Made by a program: the position numbers and the translations under genes. A DNA stretch of 63,871 nt, filler included, from Octopus bimaculoides (lineage: Eukaryota), in assembly GCF_001194135.2 (NCBI RefSeq). It is 6 parts of 6 records of this genome, joined end to end, with 100 filler letters (N's around TTAATTAATTAA, not from the genome) between each part and the next. Parts side by side here need not be neighbours in the genome. Positions count along the whole stretch, not along the records: positions 60,539 to 63,871 come from NW_026420110.1; 5 more parts are not named here. The stretch is one strand, 5' to 3'. Every line of letters begins with the position of its first letter. Position 1 is the stretch's first letter. The notes under the pieces are model-generated. The model was not told the DNA's origin and made no database searches. It saw nothing but the letters and a program-made list of their open reading frames with translations. Below are positions 63,177-63,871 of the stretch, one piece after another.

Positions 63177-63871
63177 GTAATAGCTGGGTATTTATTATTG
63201 TCGATGTTATTGTTCTTGTTGATGTTAATGTTNNNNNNNNNNNNNNNNNNNNNNNNNNNNNNNNNNNNNNNNNNNNNNNNNNNNNNNNNNNNNNAGCATA
63301 AATGTGTCAGTATTTGCAGTGCTTGTTGTTGAGTTTTGTAATTAGGGTCAGTCCTGATCAGATCCCTGGTACATATTTAGTTTCTGCCAAATAACGAGGT
63401 ACAATCCCCAAATCTGGTGATCCAGAAACACCTTTCTCGAGATTAAGGACATTCTTCACATGTCCATATATAGCGTTGTGCTGTGTGACAGTTTATATAT
63501 GATATTTCTCCACAATTTCCTCCAATTGCCTGTAAGTTTTGATGAGATATCACAACAGTTAAAGACCTGGTAAGCAAGATCAAAGAGCCGCATTTATTAC
63601 TTGTTTACATATATCCTTTAAGACGTACATTTCATCTTAGTGATAGGTGTCCATGTTTATATTGATGTTGTTGCTATTTTGGCTGTGTGTGTGTGTGTGT
63701 ATGTGTGTGTGTTTAAACTGATTGAGAGGAAGGTTGTTTTAGGATGTCACTATAGTAGCGTCCTAACATGTTGTTTCGAACCGTATCAGATACAAGTGAA
63801 TGGAACTAAAACCAGATAGGTTCTAGCCATGACCATCTCAACGTTGTTGACATAAAGTGTATCATTTCTCT

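Noticed and set aside
63400-63560. Minus-strand LQAIGGNCGEISYIN as an LRR exon
   Set aside because: In-frame stop before any donor and no proper acceptor.

Overview
Eukaryotic, AT-rich, microsatellite-dense scaffold with many N gaps. The repeat content (tRNA-derived SINEs, RTE and R4 LINEs, Penelope-like elements) looks like an octopod cephalopod genome; this is inferred from repeat style, not from a database search. Three host genes can be spliced together by eye. (1) A five-exon minus-strand gene (14541-3622) encodes a 234-aa secreted protein with a signal peptide, a PAN/apple module and an unnamed C-terminal domain. (2) Five consecutive minus-strand exons (56690-42840) belong to FBXL13/DRC6. 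(3) A plus-strand exon (63048-63176) encodes part of an adhesion-GPCR GAIN domain and probably lies antisense inside an FBXL13 intron; a signal-peptide exon at 24579-24740 may be its first coding exon. The rest is mobile DNA: a Gypsy LTR element with a 5-bp TSD, five Tc1/mariner copies (one full-length, 1287 bp), a Penelope RT, RTE and R4/Dong LINE pieces, MITEs and many SINEs. Several Penelope-type remnants carry minimal hammerhead ribozyme motifs, one with an intact core at 46203-46229. A (TTAGGG)n core flanked by 17-bp inverted repeats lies at 62144-62236. No prokaryotic-type system or CRISPR array is present. All calls come from manual translation and motif recognition.
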